A stretch of 64,000 bases of DNA, taken from positions 49,910,001-49,974,000 of the forward strand of contig CM060734.1 in assembly GCA_030704615.1 (NCBI GenBank). Direction: 5' to 3'. Below are positions 1 through 16,678 of this stretch, piece after piece; positions within the stretch are counted from its first letter, which is position 1; the number at the start of each line of letters is the position of its first letter. A model generated the notes under the pieces. That model was not told the origin of the DNA, did no database searches, and saw nothing but the letters and a program-made list of their open reading frames with translations. Origin of the DNA: Takakia lepidozioides (taxonomy: Eukaryota > Plantae > Bryophyta). The position numbers and the translations under genes were made by a program.

Positions 1-116
1 AAGGCTCACTCCAGTGAGATTCACCTTTATAGCATACATTAGTTGAGGCCCTCTATAGGTTTTTCAAACAAGGCCTTCATTAAAGGAGGGGCAAAGACAC
101 GGAGAAAAGCCTCCAC

Positions 117-3100
117 CTGGAGAACCTTGGAGACTAGCAGAGCTAGTGCACGCTGGTGCATGCAGAAAAACTGGCGACGCACTGTTGCATGTGCACGCTC
201 AAGTGAGTGCTCCTTGGTTTGCAGGTCCTGCAACAATTTTGTAACTCGTGCAAAATCATCAGCCAGCCGTGAGTTTTGATCGATAAAGCGTTTCTCCAAA
301 TCAGAGTGCCGCCCCTTTAGAGTACATAAAGTGTCCCGCTGTTTGTTCAGCTTTCTCTTCTGCTGGTTGGCTGTAGTGTAGTTCTCGCGATCCCTCTCTA
401 TCAACACCAGAAGGTTATACTCCAGCTTTTCAGCGTTGAACTGGTAGGCTGCCTGTAAGCTAAGAGGTTCATGTTGTGATATTCCGCTGGTTAAACAAAG
501 GCCATGTGGCCACAGAAGATTGAGAGATGGCGAGAGTCTGATGACACCAAAACCTGGACAGATGTACAGCTGAACACAATCACACGGAGGACAATGTAGG
601 CATAATAAGGTGCCACAGACCACAAGTACATGAGACTGTCCATTGAAATGTGGGTGAGAGCCCAACTATTCTCACCAGATATGGTCTACCTTGGCCATGG
701 GGCCCACTGTGGACTTTATCAATCTCTTTCTTTCTTATCCTTACTCCAACACAAGAACAATGTCGAACGACAAATTGTGCATGAATTGATAGAAAAGAAA
801 GGTCCATGGAAAGTTCCTGCATTGTCGCATGGTGTTGCTCCAATGTCTGCATATCTGACTCCAGCCGTATTTTGAGTAGATTATACTCCTCAGCATCAGC
901 ATCACAAATATCGTCCAAAACTTTGGCAAACTCCTCTTTCCGGGCTTGCATGTCCTCTTGGAATTTGGTTTCCATAGCCAGACGCTCTTTAATCAGTGCC
1001 ATCATCTCGGCCTTGTTGCTGTAGATAGCAGCAAAAGGATGATAAGATTATGCCATACTGCTAGGTTGTAAGAACCCCCTTGATCTTTCCTTGCCTCAGT
1101 GCCCCTCCCTCTCTCTCCCTGTTCCGCCCAAACTGGGTGTGGGGTAAATGGCCACAAGGCTACGGCAAACAACATTCTCTTTCTCTCCCCCTCTAATCCC
1201 TCTTCGTCCCTTCAGTCTGACTAAGGACATATGCGGCAAGTTTGTCCTAGCTAAAAGTATATTTGTCTTTTTCGCACAACATGCGTCACCTCAATGTTGA
1301 GGCAGAGATTAGCATATTGATATCGCAAGCTCGAGGATTAGATAGGCTCGGGATCCCTACAGATTGGGTGTAGGTTGGGAACTAGTATAATGCCAAGCTC
1401 TCAAATCAGCATTCAACCAGCTGTAACTGCTTTTCTACCTACGCATTCGCCGATATCGTTCTTTGAGTACTCAAGTGGATGAGTGTGAGGGACTCTGTGG
1501 AGGGGGGAGTCCTCTCAGCTTAGTATACTAAAAGTCCTAGGAGACGAGTTCCATAGGACCTGTGATCCACCCGTGGATGTACTAATTTTTTTCTTCTCCC
1601 CTGCCTATTTAAAGTTTCTCACACTGAAGACACTTCTTCTTTTACTGCCCTCTTTACTATGAGATCCACGAGAGATTCCACTGTCTGTTCCGTGACACAC
1701 AATCTCTCTCTGAAGTCTTCCATTATGAGGATCAGAAATGCTTGGCAGCTTTTCTGCATGAGGCTTTGACCCTTAGGCAATCCTTTGAGCATTAGTTGCT
1801 TTTGGGCTGCTTCTGGCTCCACTTTTTATTCTTTCTTGTTTCTTGCTTTCCTTTTGTCCCATAAGCTCTCTGTGCTTTCTGCGGACATTATAAAGTTCCA
1901 TTTCATTTCTTTCTCTCTCTGTCATGAACCTTGCATTAGTCAAATTTGGTACACAAGTTGCTTTAGTATGTTTGAACTAAGTAGAGTAGTCATAGTTCAA
2001 AAATGTGAAAAGCAAGTGCTGTTGATCAGTAAACACGCCACATTCAACCAATCATCTCCGACGGCAACTGTAACCACATGAGAACAGAAAACCACCAGCC
2101 AAGCTATCATTTCTCTTCTGAAATCAACAAGTTGTGAAAAGAACAGAAACATGCATGAATGGGTCTGATAGTTCAAAGAAATGCATAGTCATATGAAGTC
2201 ATAACAGAAAGGGTTGTGGAGATAGGAGGATAAGGACCTAGTAAGAAGCGTTTGACGCTGTTGAAGAAAAGCAGTCTCAATAGTCTGAAGCTCTTTTACA
2301 TAGGCTTCATGCAATGTACTGACCTGGAATAGTTTATATAAAAATGTACAAGGCAATGAATGCTGAAATATCAGATTCTATGACCCTGAAAACTCATTTC
2401 TATGTTTGAATTCCATTTCAGGGATCCAACAGCTTGCTTAGGATAAAAGAGAAATTCCATGATGGTCATTACATGCCCATATCACACAATATCATTAAGG
2501 GGGAACAATGACCAGTGGAATAAGAGGAGTGGGGATATTGAAAGTTTTCAGGGTTGTAATCGTGCCATACTTGAGCACACATTGATTTTATTTCCTGTGA
2601 TGCTGAACATGACCACATCCAAACTCTTATAGTGAAATAGAGCTCACACCTGACGCGACATGGCCGCTATGATGTCATCAATGTCCTTGGACTGCTGCTC
2701 AATCATTAGCCTGTAGTCTTCATCTTTGTCCTTAAGCTCAGCAATTATTTCGTCAATGACCTTGTCCTTTGATTTCAGCACTTCACCACAGGCCTGTTAT
2801 AAGCTTTTCATTAGCTATATAGATAAAAAATTTATAGCTATATAGATATAAATATAGCTATATAGATATAAATTTTTATCTGCACCTCATTGATGAGGTT
2901 AGAAATTTGTATATACTGGAGGAAATATGCATGCCCAACAATGAAAGGAAACGGCAAAAGTTTGGCAGGGAACCTGCCGTTGCAGTGCAATCTGCTTGGC
3001 CAGATCTTGAGGGACTTCAAGTGCGGACACTTCAGTCCACTTTTGAGCGATCTCTTCATTATGCTTGCTGCTGTCTTCTACCTCTCCTTGGACTCGTGTC

Positions 3101-6100
3101 TTCAGGTTCTGTAAAAGGGACAGAGGAGTCATGCCAAATAGAAAAGAGTGTACAAACGCAGCCCTTCATTTCCTAGGAGCTTCAACGGTGATATCGATCA
3201 GACAAGCCAGTCCATAATAAAGAAAAGTGAGACAGTAACTCAGGTTCTCTCCCCTCCCAATCAATACAAGTTCTTCAAAGGTACCAACCTCCAGATATTG
3301 AGCCTCAACAGTTCGATGCTGAAATTCGAACAGATCTGCTGCATCGCGCAATCCCTTGACTTCATCGTGCAGTTTGACCTGCATATATGGTGCCACAACA
3401 TACAGTCACGTACATCAACATGCCTTGGTGACTCAACTCACATGAAACTCTGCATAAGACAGGATTCATGATGCTTAATCAGGATAACAGCCAGAATGCA
3501 TGATTGCAACAACAAATCTCCCCCTTTTCTCTGCCCTCTGTGGACGATTTAAGATTCTTTCTTTCTTTCTTCACTGTTTATTCAGTGGAACCCAAACTCT
3601 CACTGATGTCTTTCACTATGAGGATCAAAAATGCGTGGCAGCCTACCTACACGAGGCCTTCACCCTTAGACAATCGCTAGAACATTAATTGTGGTTTCTG
3701 GATTTGTTCCTCTCTCATGTTTTCTTCCATTTTGTCCCATAAGCTCTACGAGCTTTCCGCGGACGTTATAAAGCACCATTTCATTCAATTTCTTCATGAA
3801 CCATCGGCTTCCTCTTAGACAATCCCTTGAGCTTTAGTTGCTTTTGGGCTGTTTGTGGCCCCTCTCTCTTTCTTGTTTCTTCCTCTTGTCCCATAAGCTC
3901 TATGAGCTTTCCACGGACGTTATAAAGCACCATTTCATTTCATTTCTATTGTGTGCAATCAGATACTCTCCTACACACGAAGTGGCTCCTTATGCACACT
4001 GCCAAGGTCAAGAGACCAGCAATGTTGGTTTGTTCTCTTGTTGTTTTTCTATTCCCGGCAAAACAGGGGCTGTGTGGATCATATCTTCACTCTAAGCCAG
4101 ATTATCCAGGGAAGGAAAAAAGTAGGGAAACCCACTTATGTCTTTTTCCTGGATGTCAAAAAGGCTTATGACACAGTGTGGAGGGATGGCCTATGGTTCC
4201 GCCTCTGGTCTTGTGGGATCAAGGGAAAGATGTGGAGAGTTGTCCACAACTTGTATGCTCACACCAAAAGCTGTGTCACTGTTAACGGACAGAAGTCCAA
4301 CTTCTTTGACATAAACCAAGGTGTAGCTCAAGGATGTACTCTCTCCCCTCTGCTCTTCAATGTTTTCATCAATCAACTCCTCGAGGATGTGGAAAGTGAG
4401 GGATTTGGGTTAAGGGTGGGTGATACCACCATACCAGCCCTTATGTTTGCGGATGACTTCGCAGGCATAGGGGAGACTCCAACCAATCTCCAGGAGTTGA
4501 TTGATTGCGCGAAGAGATACTTTGATCTTTGGGGGCTAGAGGCTAATGTCAGCAAATGTGCAGTGGTAGCATTCAACGACAGAGGAGAGGGAGGAAGTGA
4601 TCTTAAGTGGCAGTGGGGTAGCCAAGAGATCCCGGTCCTCCCTTCCTACACTTACCTGGGCGTTGAGTTCTCCTCCAATTGTAATTGGGATGCACATATC
4701 CGGAAAGTTGTTCAAACTGGCAAGGGCAAAGCTCTGGGGCTCACTAAATTTTTCCACTGCAGAGGGGTCAACTCTGAGGTTAAGAAAACGATGCTTTGTC
4801 GCGTTATTAGACCTGCCTTGGAGTACGGATCTGCTATATGGGTTGATAACTCCAACCAGGCTAAGTCTCTAGAATCCATTCAAGTGGGGGTGCTTAAGGA
4901 GTGTATGTCAGCATGCACCAAAACAGCCAATGTGGCTGTTCGGGGTGAGTTTGGCATTCTGTCCTTAAGCTCCCGACAAGATGAATTCAAGGTCAGATGG
5001 TGGGGTCAGCTGCAACATATGCCCAACACCAGATATCCTAAATTAATCGACTCTATATCTTGGAAACAGGACCGCCCTGTCAAACAGGCTAAGTCCTGGC
5101 AGAAGAGAGTAGAAGAGATCCTCAAGGACCTGGACCTGGATCCGCAAGTCTTGACCCTGCTGGATAAATCTGACTTAGAGGCTGTAGTGTCCTCAGCCAT
5201 GTCTGTTGCCATGAGATTGTCTGATGAAAATGAAGTTAGGCAGAAAACTTCCCTGAACTTGTTTCCAGTCTGTGACATGGGGGAGGACATCTTGGATGAC
5301 CTCAAGGGTCTACCCACTCTCGGCACTAGACTGAAATTTAAACTCAGGGCAGGAAGCCTACCTTTGAACAGCAAACAGAAGCAGAGAGGAAAGGGAGAGT
5401 GCAATTGCCCGTTGTGTGGGCAATCTGAAGACAGTATTCATTTTCTGATACACTATCCGGGGTTCTCTCACCAAAGAGACGCTCTCTTCAAATCTATTAA
5501 GGGAATTGTGCCTGTACCCCTGTTTACCAACTTTGAAAGTCTCGAGGCTGAGCCAAAAGCCCAGGCCCTCCTGAGGCCTAGTTTTTGGGCAAATCACACA
5601 CAGCAGATTGATGCTTGTGTGAAGGGATTTCTAGAGGATATCTGGAAAACCCGGATTAATTCTTTATATGGAGGTAAGTCTTACTACCAACGTCAGCCCC
5701 TGACAGAGGTAGGTTCTGTCCCTTTTGTTCCCGCTCAAACTGGGCGCGGGGTCAATGGCCACAAGGCTACGGCAAACAACGTCTTATGAGTACAATCTAT
5801 TCCCGGCAAGGGTTTTTCCTCTTCTGCCTCTTACAGAAGAAGGTTTTTCAAAAGCAAAACTGGTACCTTAAGGGAAGCCAAAGTATGTAGACTCTTTGAC
5901 ATTTGTTTGTCGCCTGGTCCTGCATCCTTGTCGTCTTCTATACTTGACTTTCGATCTGCAATTAAGACAGACCCAAGTTTTTAACTGTTCCAAGTGTAAC
6001 TCCCCCTCTTTCTCCTCCTCCCTGCATCCCCCTGGAAACTATAAAGTTCCTTTGCTCTGTCTTTCTTTCTCTCATTCATGAGTGACCCTTGTCCATTCAC

Positions 6101-6535
6101 AGGGATCATATCGGGGGAAGTCACCTATTGGAATTTGGCGAAAAAGAGAAGGAACCACTCATGACCGGTCTACTGACTACGCCCCAGGGGTCTTCAAACG
6201 TTCACACGCTCAGTTCGGCGTTCACAAACACAAGCTTCATAAGGAACCAACGCACAAGATCAAGTTTCAAATTGCTGAAACGAATTCACAATTCACAACT
6301 GAGTCACGTTCCTTCAATGCAATGCAGAAGGCTGTAGGACAGCGAATTCTTACCCTCCACTCGAGAATGTGACCTTCGTGGAGGAGTATTGGAATGAAGA
6401 CATAATCACAGATGGAGATAAGAGGGAGAGAGACAGCATACGATCTTTCTGAGAAGCGTTTGCTGCAAGAAGGCGCGCTGCAACGCGCGCGCGTCTGACT
6501 GCAATGCGCGCATCTCTTGCCCCTACCTCCGCCAT
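117..6535 (-). CDS. DRC1: Dynein regulatory complex subunit 1 (DRC1/CCDC164), multi-exon; 3' part runs off the left edge of the window
   Basis: Exons read on the minus strand: 6535-6442, 5955-5867, 3378-3289, 3108-2974, 2793-2650, 2323-2238, 1018-817, 452-117. Phases are compatible and all junctions are GT-AG except one donor (GA at 816-815). Peptides ARIAVRRARV, EVPQDLAKQIALQRQACGEVLKSKDKVI, DAEEYNLLKIRLESDMQTLEQH and YQFNAEKLEYN match the DRC1 family as recalled from Chlamydomonas DRC1. Confidence 0.9.
1118..1176 (+). mobile_element. Short 3'-end fragment of the LINE family seen at 4062-5795, in a DRC1 intron
   Basis: CAAACTGGGTGTGGGGTAAATGGCCACAAGGCTACGGCAAACAAC is near-identical to the end of the LINE ORF at ~5736-5780; it is flanked by CT-rich sequence. 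Confidence 0.75.
1595..1910 (+). mobile_element. 3' fragment of a second LINE family (RTE/RTEX-like ORF2 C-terminus, 3'UTR and CATTT tail), copy 1
   Basis: Encodes ...CPLYYEIHERFHCLFRDTQSLSEVFHYEDQKCLAAFLHEALTLRQSFEH*, followed by a UTR ending GCGGACATTATAAAG...CATTTCATTT; homologous to 3530-3790 and 3812-3947. Confidence 0.6.
3530..3947 (+). mobile_element. Two further tandem 3' fragments of the second LINE family (~3530-3790 and ~3812-3947)
   Basis: ORF 3500-3688 ends VFHYEDQKCVAAYLHEAFTLRQSLEH*. The motif TTGTCCCATAAGCTC...GGACGTTATAAAGCACCATTTCATT occurs twice here and once (variant) at ~1855-1908. Confidence 0.6.
4062..5795 (+). mobile_element. 5'-truncated non-LTR retrotransposon (RTE/RTEX-like) in DRC1 intron 2, antisense to the host gene, with a 14-bp TSD
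   Basis: Uninterrupted RT frame to the stop at 5789 (FLDVKKAYDTV, GVAQGCTLSPLLF, MFADD, RPALEYG, C-terminal CPLC...H motif). TCTATTCCCGGCAA is duplicated at 4048-4061 and 5796-5809. Confidence 0.92.
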
Positions 6536-9500
6536 ATATCTTTGATTTGTTCTCTATTCCAATGATTTCAAGGCTGCTGCAAGCCCAGAAAAAACATGAG
6601 GCCCCATCAAATCCTCCCTGAACCATCACTCCATTACAACGCAGAGAGCACCCAGGCCACTCCCTTACATCCATTTTCGCTCAGCAAAAGCTTGTGATAT
6701 AATAACAAGAATTCTAGATTAGCAAGGAAACGAAATATATACACGAACTCATGAAGCAATTCACCCACACGAGACGGCAATGAATCAATTAAGCGATCGA
6801 CGAATTACTTGGACGAACATGCATCCAGCCGTTGAGAGAAATGTCAGGGAAGCTCCACGAATCCTTCCAAGATAAGAAAACACATAATACTCCGGTCTAA
6901 CAGACTTCCAGAGCAGGTGAGGATTACCAGACGCACCAACTACAGGTTTTCATACGACAGATGCCTGCCAGATATCCGAGAATAAATTTGGGATGATAGT
7001 TGAAGCTGCGGGAATCAGACACGCTTCCTCACCATTCCGGTCGTACTCAAACCTTACCGACTATCTTGGAGGTCTCAAGTGTCAAGTCCCAGAGTGCGTT
7101 TTTCAGATGATAATTGTCAGTACTCTCGGGCATGATCGCTTTTGTTGTCTTAACGAAAATTGTTGGTCCATCTCGATCGTGGAAACAAAATCGCGAATGG
7201 ATACAGCCGGCTAGGAATTCTGATGAATTCTCATAAGCATCCCTTCCATAATTTTGCGACATTCTTGGCAAACCATCTGCTTATGGATACGAGAGGGATG
7301 CTTCGATGATTCTAAAATCTCCCGATGCAAGGAGGGCTGCAAGCCGTGCAAGCCTTCAAATAAACTCTGGGAGAAGAGTACACATGTACGTCAAACGAAA
7401 CCCTGGCCCTCGGACAGATGAAAACGTGGATACTTACATACACCTTCACTTCTGTTTCTAGATGTTTTGTCTGATCAAACCGCAAATGCTAACATGTCGG
7501 GGCTGCAGTTCTGCATCACTGCCTCAACACAAAATTATAAGACACCATATTTGATCCTCTGGTTTATAAACCCATCAATGCCCTTCTCTTAGGCCAATTG
7601 GCATTGAACACAGTACTGTTTATTAAGTTTTCAAACCGCTTTCTCTCCTTTTGGCTTTAGTTGATGGATTTTGGAAATTGAAATGAAAACCCGTTCCCTA
7701 CGTCACAACCCTAATTTCTGGAGAAGATAACATATTAAAACAGGTCGTAGACAAGTTGTGAATTGTGATCTGTGGTTCCCACATATGCTTCCTCCACATG
7801 CACTGTCGCGGTCATGTTACCTGATTCGAAGTCTACATGTATGGTGTAATCTTCAGCCCAGACTTACTAGGGGCAGCTCCTTCCTTGTCTGTCAAGCTGG
7901 AAAATAGGAGACAACGAGTGACCAGTGAAAGGGAAAGAATGAATGAAGTTTATTAGTCCACAAAGAGGCTGAACCCATGAGACAGACAGAGCACCAGATA
8001 AAGCTACAAGGCATACATGCAGTACAACACTACTTTCAGAGACATGTAAGATGGTGAGGTGAGGAATGGGAGCAAAATGAAGAAATTTGAGAGAATGGCT
8101 ACTCATCTATGCACTGAAGTTGCCACTACAGTGAATGGATATTGAGAGAAACTAAGGGCTTGTTCTTTGTCTGCAACTCCATCCTGAAGTTACCACCATA
8201 ATCATAGCTACTTGTCTCCTCACCCGAACCTCAGATGGAGTATGCCAGAAGATCCGCCGCAACCCAATAACAGAGGAATAGGTCCCACCTCCTCCATGAT
8301 GTCACTTGGAAATCTCAGGTTTCTCATGATATGCATCAAATGAAGGACACCCAAAGATTGAAGATGGACAAGCTCCACTTCCCTTGCCAGCATTATTTTT
8401 TGGTGGATGTCAGTCTCATATGTGCATCGTGTGCACCGAGAAGACCACAGGGACAGGGTCCTGAAGTAGAAAACTTCACTGTGGTATTCCAGCTATAAGA
8501 ACTAATCGACAACCAAACATCATCAACGAACTTCCCACCAATTCCCCTGCAATGTAACCCCACAGCCATATTGCAAGAACCAGTTAGCGAGAGAAGACAT
8601 GGTGCCTGAATGTGAGCACGAGTTCCCTCCACACCTCTACTAATGTATCTAACATAATCTCACATTTGTGTGTTTATGTAACCAGCCGTGATGAAGGGAA
8701 AACAGGTGTATATGATCTTCAGGGAGAGCCTTTCCCACCTTGGGTGATTGCATGAAGTCAATTAAAAATAGCAGACTTCTTCACATGTTTCAAGATCACC
8801 CGTGACAATTCCTCGTGGAGTTCCTCCACAGCCCGAGGTACCTCCTCCTTCTAGAAAATAAGATTCAACATTCCCAAAGTTGAGGTTAGCCACAATATGC
8901 GAGTAGACCTGAACATAGCAGACTAAGAAAGAACGAGATAAAAAGAAATACCATCAGTAGAGAGCCACATATAGCCATGGGACAAGGCAGAATTTACCAG
9001 AGCTACTTTACAATACATCCAGTGCTGCCCAAAGACTGTGCCTCAAGCAGGTAGATGCGAGACACATTGGATTTTCGCAGCTGAGACTCCCCACTCAACA
9101 TTGGGAAGCTGTAAGGAAATAACAGTACGTCTCTTGTAGAAATTTAGTATGTCCAAGGGAGGCCAAAAGGGCCCAAAGGACACAAGTAGAACAATGGAGA
9201 ACAACAGACTGTACTCATACGACATTTGCTAGCCTTGGAGAACAGCAGAAAGAGAGAGAAAGAAAATAAAAGGAACTTCATTGCTTCCAGGGGGTCCTCA
9301 TGTTCCCATGGCACCAGTAGTAGAACGAGGAAACCATATCAACAGATTCCAAAGCACTCAGACAAATTGTCTCGTGCAGGTAAGTTGCCAGGCACTTCTA
9401 GTCCTCGAAGCTCAGGCCTTTGGCAACCAGGAATTTCTAAAGGGACAGTAGTATCTACCCCTGATCTGTCTTTACTTCTTGGGACTATAGCAGACAGGAC

Positions 9501-9929
9501 AACCTTGGCGATGTCCATGGAGAGAGAAGAGAGAGAGTCATCGTCATGACAAGTGTATCTTTTGAAGTCTGGCCAAAGACACTGGACCTGATTTGGACCA
9601 GAAAAGGGGCCAGGGTTGGGAAGAGAGGCAATAGGGCAACTTGGTTCTAGCCTTGTCTTGAATAGAGAGACCAAGGAAGAAAAATTCCTTGCATCCACAG
9701 GACGGCCAGAGAGGGCTATGAGAGAAAAAGAACTGAAATTTGTAATGAGAGTAAGTCTTGGCAGAGATATAGGTGCTGAATGCTTCTGGAGAACAAGGAC
9801 AGAACTTTACATTGTCCACAGGGAGATGTGAGAGCCCATGGACAAAATACAACAAGAAACCGCTTCAGAAAGGGCCCAAAGACAAAATGCCTCATGCAGA
9901 GGGGGAGAGAGAGAGTGTGGAGCCATTAC

Positions 9930-12391
<2,462 letters not shown>

Positions 12392-15300
12392 TTGATATCC
12401 TCCATATTGTCATGGTCACCAAACAGACACATAGAGTGCGTTTTTGAAAGCCACAAGCAATGCCTCTAAAGTCAATTTGGTACAGTAATCAGCCGAAACA
12501 ATTAACAGGGGTTTAATCAGTATGCACCTTGGACTGCCCGTTTTGATTAGGGACTGGATCTGCAACTTCTGGTAGTACAGGAAAAGCCTTTATTTCTAGC
12601 TGCCACCACACACCTCAGTCAGTCACGGACAACCTCCCACATGCATGAAGGAAGAATTGCGAAAATTGGAAATACCATGCCCATGGATGTAGGGGTAGGC
12701 TTGGAAACAACCAACTCAAAGAAGATTCAATATCTAGATGCAATCCAAGTGTGCAGAGTGGACTAATGACTGCAAATTGGAGACAGTTTTCAGTGGAGAC
12801 AACTCTCATCTCGACAACCAACAACAAGCACAAGCTTGGCTGTTTCCCAACAGTGACAAGGATCCGACAAACATTCAACATTTGCCAACATTCATTCAGG
12901 CCTGCTTGTAAGGAACTCTTAAGTGATCTTTAAATTCAAGCCCTACACATGAAATTTGAATCATTCTCATGCTCACAGTAGAGTGATATCTGATCCACAT
13001 AGACCAATCAATCGACACTGGGCGTTACTTTGATAGCCAGGGCTCAACATTTGCAAACCACGCATTTGGATTCCAACTTGTCCCCAATAAAAGATAAATA
13101 ATTTCGGAACAATCTCATATAGCATGGATAGTTGAATGCTCCACCTCAAATGATAGTGTTTTAGCCCCTCAATCTGGAATTACAAATTTCTCATTAAGCT
13201 CATCGGTGAGATGACAGTGGCAGCCTAACCCGTCTCAGCCAGTTCGACACGTAGCTCTAGGCAGTATACATGTTCTTGGCGGGTGAGTGTCCCACTACTA
13301 CTAATACAAAGTCATCAAGCTCGGTAAATTGAAAATCTGTTCCATCTGCAACCACGTTCGAACCATGCCCGGAACACGGTGAAGCCACCATGTCTACCCG
13401 TCTCTGCCGCGCTCTCTCTCACAATCACACAAACACATTCCCACAACCAAGAAGGACACAGGGACGGAGATCAGCATGGACAAATGTGAAGCATTCCGTA
13501 AACTACAATGCGAGGGTACGCACAAAAGGATGCAAATCCACTTGAAACTCAAAAATTCCGACCTCTCCCCGACTGAACAAGTGACCTCTTACATAACTAA
13601 AGGTTCATAGGTGCTCGACACTCCATCTACTGGCACGGGACTGAGGCCAAGCATTGGGAAGGTGAGCCACGTAGGAATATCAAACAGGGATCACCAGGCT
13701 CGTAGATGCTACAACTATGGCTCCATCTACTAAAACAGGACTGACGCCAAGCAGAAGAAAAGTTAGCGCAGGAAGATCAACCACACAATAGCAAGGGACC
13801 AGAGACGACCACCAGGTGCGATGCAGAGACAGACAAGACGCGGCGGATCAATGCCTGATTGGCCACAACAGTGCAACAATCACCGGACGATTTTCTTTCC
13901 CCACCATGCCCCTGACCGATCTCCGGCAATCTTCAAAGCTCGACTACCATCAACAGAATTCCTTTCTCCACCTCTCTATGGATCTTCCTACCCCTTAGAC
14001 TCGATCTGCTCGGGATTCCTATGGATCCACAAGCCTCTCAATGCCGAGCTCGCGTGTTGTATGATCTCTCTATTAAGACCCCACTTCCACACGTGCGATT
14101 CGGTGCCTGAGTCAGTCTTGATTATACCACTGCTCACTGCTCACATTGGTTTGAGTGACTAGTGAGTCACCAGTAGGTTCTATCTATTGTTTTAGGTTAG
14201 TGACTAGTTACTACTAACTACTAAGCCCCTAGGAGTGGGTAAACCAAATATCAGTTCCAAATATAGTTTCTCACAGGCCCCTGTTTATCTATATATATAC
14301 ATATATATCAGATATTGATGATCATTTCTCTCATATTGGAAAATCTTTCTGGAAAAATATTTTAAAAAAAAAATCTAATGTGGAGAAATGGACCATGGGT
14401 CAATAAGTTAGCCCCCCAATAATGTTTTGCGACGATTTGAGCATCTGTAACCCGAGCCGGGCCGTGTTGCTAAGTAAAAATAATGGTGCTGTCACAGACT
14501 TAGCAGCATATTTCATGCTAATGTATGTGAATATTATGTCTGTGATTTATCAATACTGCCCATGGAAAAAAGAATTTAAAAAATGGCTAGTTGCATAGTA
14601 ATGGCTCCTCCTTGTGAGGTAAGCACTAAGCACTCTAGGAATGAGAGGTGATTTTGAAAGGTCATAAAAACATGGAAGGTGGGAGCAGCCAATGGTGTGC
14701 ACGGCAGGGATACGTTAGACGGGTTCAATTGCACGGCGGGGTGCACTTCTGTAAAGACATGGCGGGGGTATTTTCCTCTGTATTTTTGGTTTCCTACCCC
14801 AGAAATCAAGTCACAAGTCGTTAACCATGTAAAATACCAATTCTTTACAAAATGGAATGGTCTCCGGAACGACATAGAAGCCGCCTCTACTGACCTGTAA
14901 GGAGGTATACATCAACTGATACATATAGAAGGTGCACTCATATTATTTGGGCCTTGTCCATGCGGGGCCTGACCTAGACACCAGGGGAATGGGCTCTACA
15001 TAAGCGCAGGGGCGAACTAAAAATCTAAACTGACCATCACTAGGGAAACAATAGAACTTTATGCACCGTATTTTGCCGGACTCCAAAGGGGAGCCCATGT
15101 CAAATCCTCATCACCCCCTTTTATCTCAGACTCACAGTAGGGAATTTTAGAATGTGGATGGTTAGAGACGAGTAGTCTGCTGGTAAGGTGATGGATAGAG
15201 ATGCATAATTTGACTCTTTTTGGATGTCCATGTCTGTCCCCCGGGCAGTACAGTTTATGTCACCCCGATCTGTGCCACCTTGGTCCGTGTGGTTTGTGTC

Positions 15301-16678
15301 ACCCTGGTGTTAATATTCCTCCTAGTATAGTTTATATTAGTCAAATTTCTAGACGCCAAGTGGGAGTTACGCCCAATTCGAGTAACGCTCCCTTCCATGT
15401 CACCCCGGTGTCTGTTGGATCACGTCATCCCCGTGTCACCCCGGATGATGTCATCCCTGCCATCCCAATTTGTCACTCTTGAGAAGATTGGGGAAAATTT
15501 TGATATGCCTGAACGGCGTACTACACTGAGATCGCACGAATGCATTAGGTTTGTGGGAGGTTCCACTGAGGGTTTGGAAGCTCCTAGTTGGGCAAGAAGG
15601 TCCGCTGCCTCGTTTCCGTTGATTCTTACAGTATTCTTACTAGTGGCCTAACATTGAGCACAGATTGTATTGTCGTTTTATTAAATATGTATGTATTTAC
15701 AATAATGACCATGTGTTCATACTCAATTGACTAGAGGAAGAGAATGCTATTATTGACTGAAGCTTGAAGATGCAAACATTGGGATGTTCAATATCTTTGT
15801 ACACGTTTAAGACATTCAGGAAATTTTTACAAGTTGCCCACAACTCAAGCTACTTCTTCCAGCTGCAGAAATCTATCGGGAATTGAATCCACTTAACACA
15901 AATTCAGATGTGAGATGTGTGCCATTTTGCATTGCACATATATGCTCTAGCTAGAAGGAAAGTTGCCGCTTCATAAAGAACCGGCAGGTCAACTGACAGA
16001 CAAAGATGACAATATCAACAACAAAACTAAGCTTGTTGCCATTTGAAATTATACACTGCCATGGGAAATGCGAAAAGAAATCATAGATACAAATTGGTCA
16101 TCCTAATTACTGTGCATGCCTCCTGTAGAGCATCAGGCTCAGCATCCTATTACAATCCCTGGACAATGCTCTGCCATACATTTGAAACTAGATGATGTGG
16201 GGTTGAAGAACTTGAATTCTGGGCAAATATGGGTGTTGCATCATTTACTTCAGTGTGCCCATTGTGGTGCTGATGTAGTTACAGCAAATGTCCTCTCAAT
16301 CTTTTTAATGTAAATATCAAGCAAGTTCTTTGATGAAGTTGTGAAAAACCGAATTTTCGCCCTTCTCTACTCCTTCCATTAAAATTCTGAGCAGTAATTG
16401 ATTACACTGAGCTTGTCACTGGAGTTCCTCTGCTGTCTGAAGACATGCACATGTTGCTCAAGCAACCAGTATTACAGGAATTGCAAGGCCTCTATTTCAA
16501 ACGCACGATTTCACAGAGATTCTAAAACTTGTGTCATTTACTAGTTGGAAATTTTAATGGCTCGATGGGCTCAATTATGGATGTTCATAAATCTCCTCCA
16601 ATTTATATCTAGAATGCAAATGAGTTGGGTGTCATGGCTAGGTGCAATGCATAAGGAAAAGTCATTGGATTGAAATAT

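Noticed and set aside
3951-4061. N-terminus of the 612-aa ORF as part of the LINE protein
   Set aside because: It lies upstream of or within the TSD; it is chance in-frame intron sequence.
6790-7440. CpG-richer stretch that looked like a decayed gene (similar impression at 22050-22800 and 25860-26400)
   Set aside because: No sustained reading frame, recognisable motif or mutual similarity could be established by eye.
9339-9698. 119-aa ORF downstream of the UMP-CMP kinase exons
   Set aside because: No homology recognised; likely intron or 3' UTR of the kinase gene.
15230-15460. Cluster of TGTCACCCCGG motifs
   Set aside because: Probably sub-terminal repeats of a degraded transposon, but no ends or TSD could be defined.
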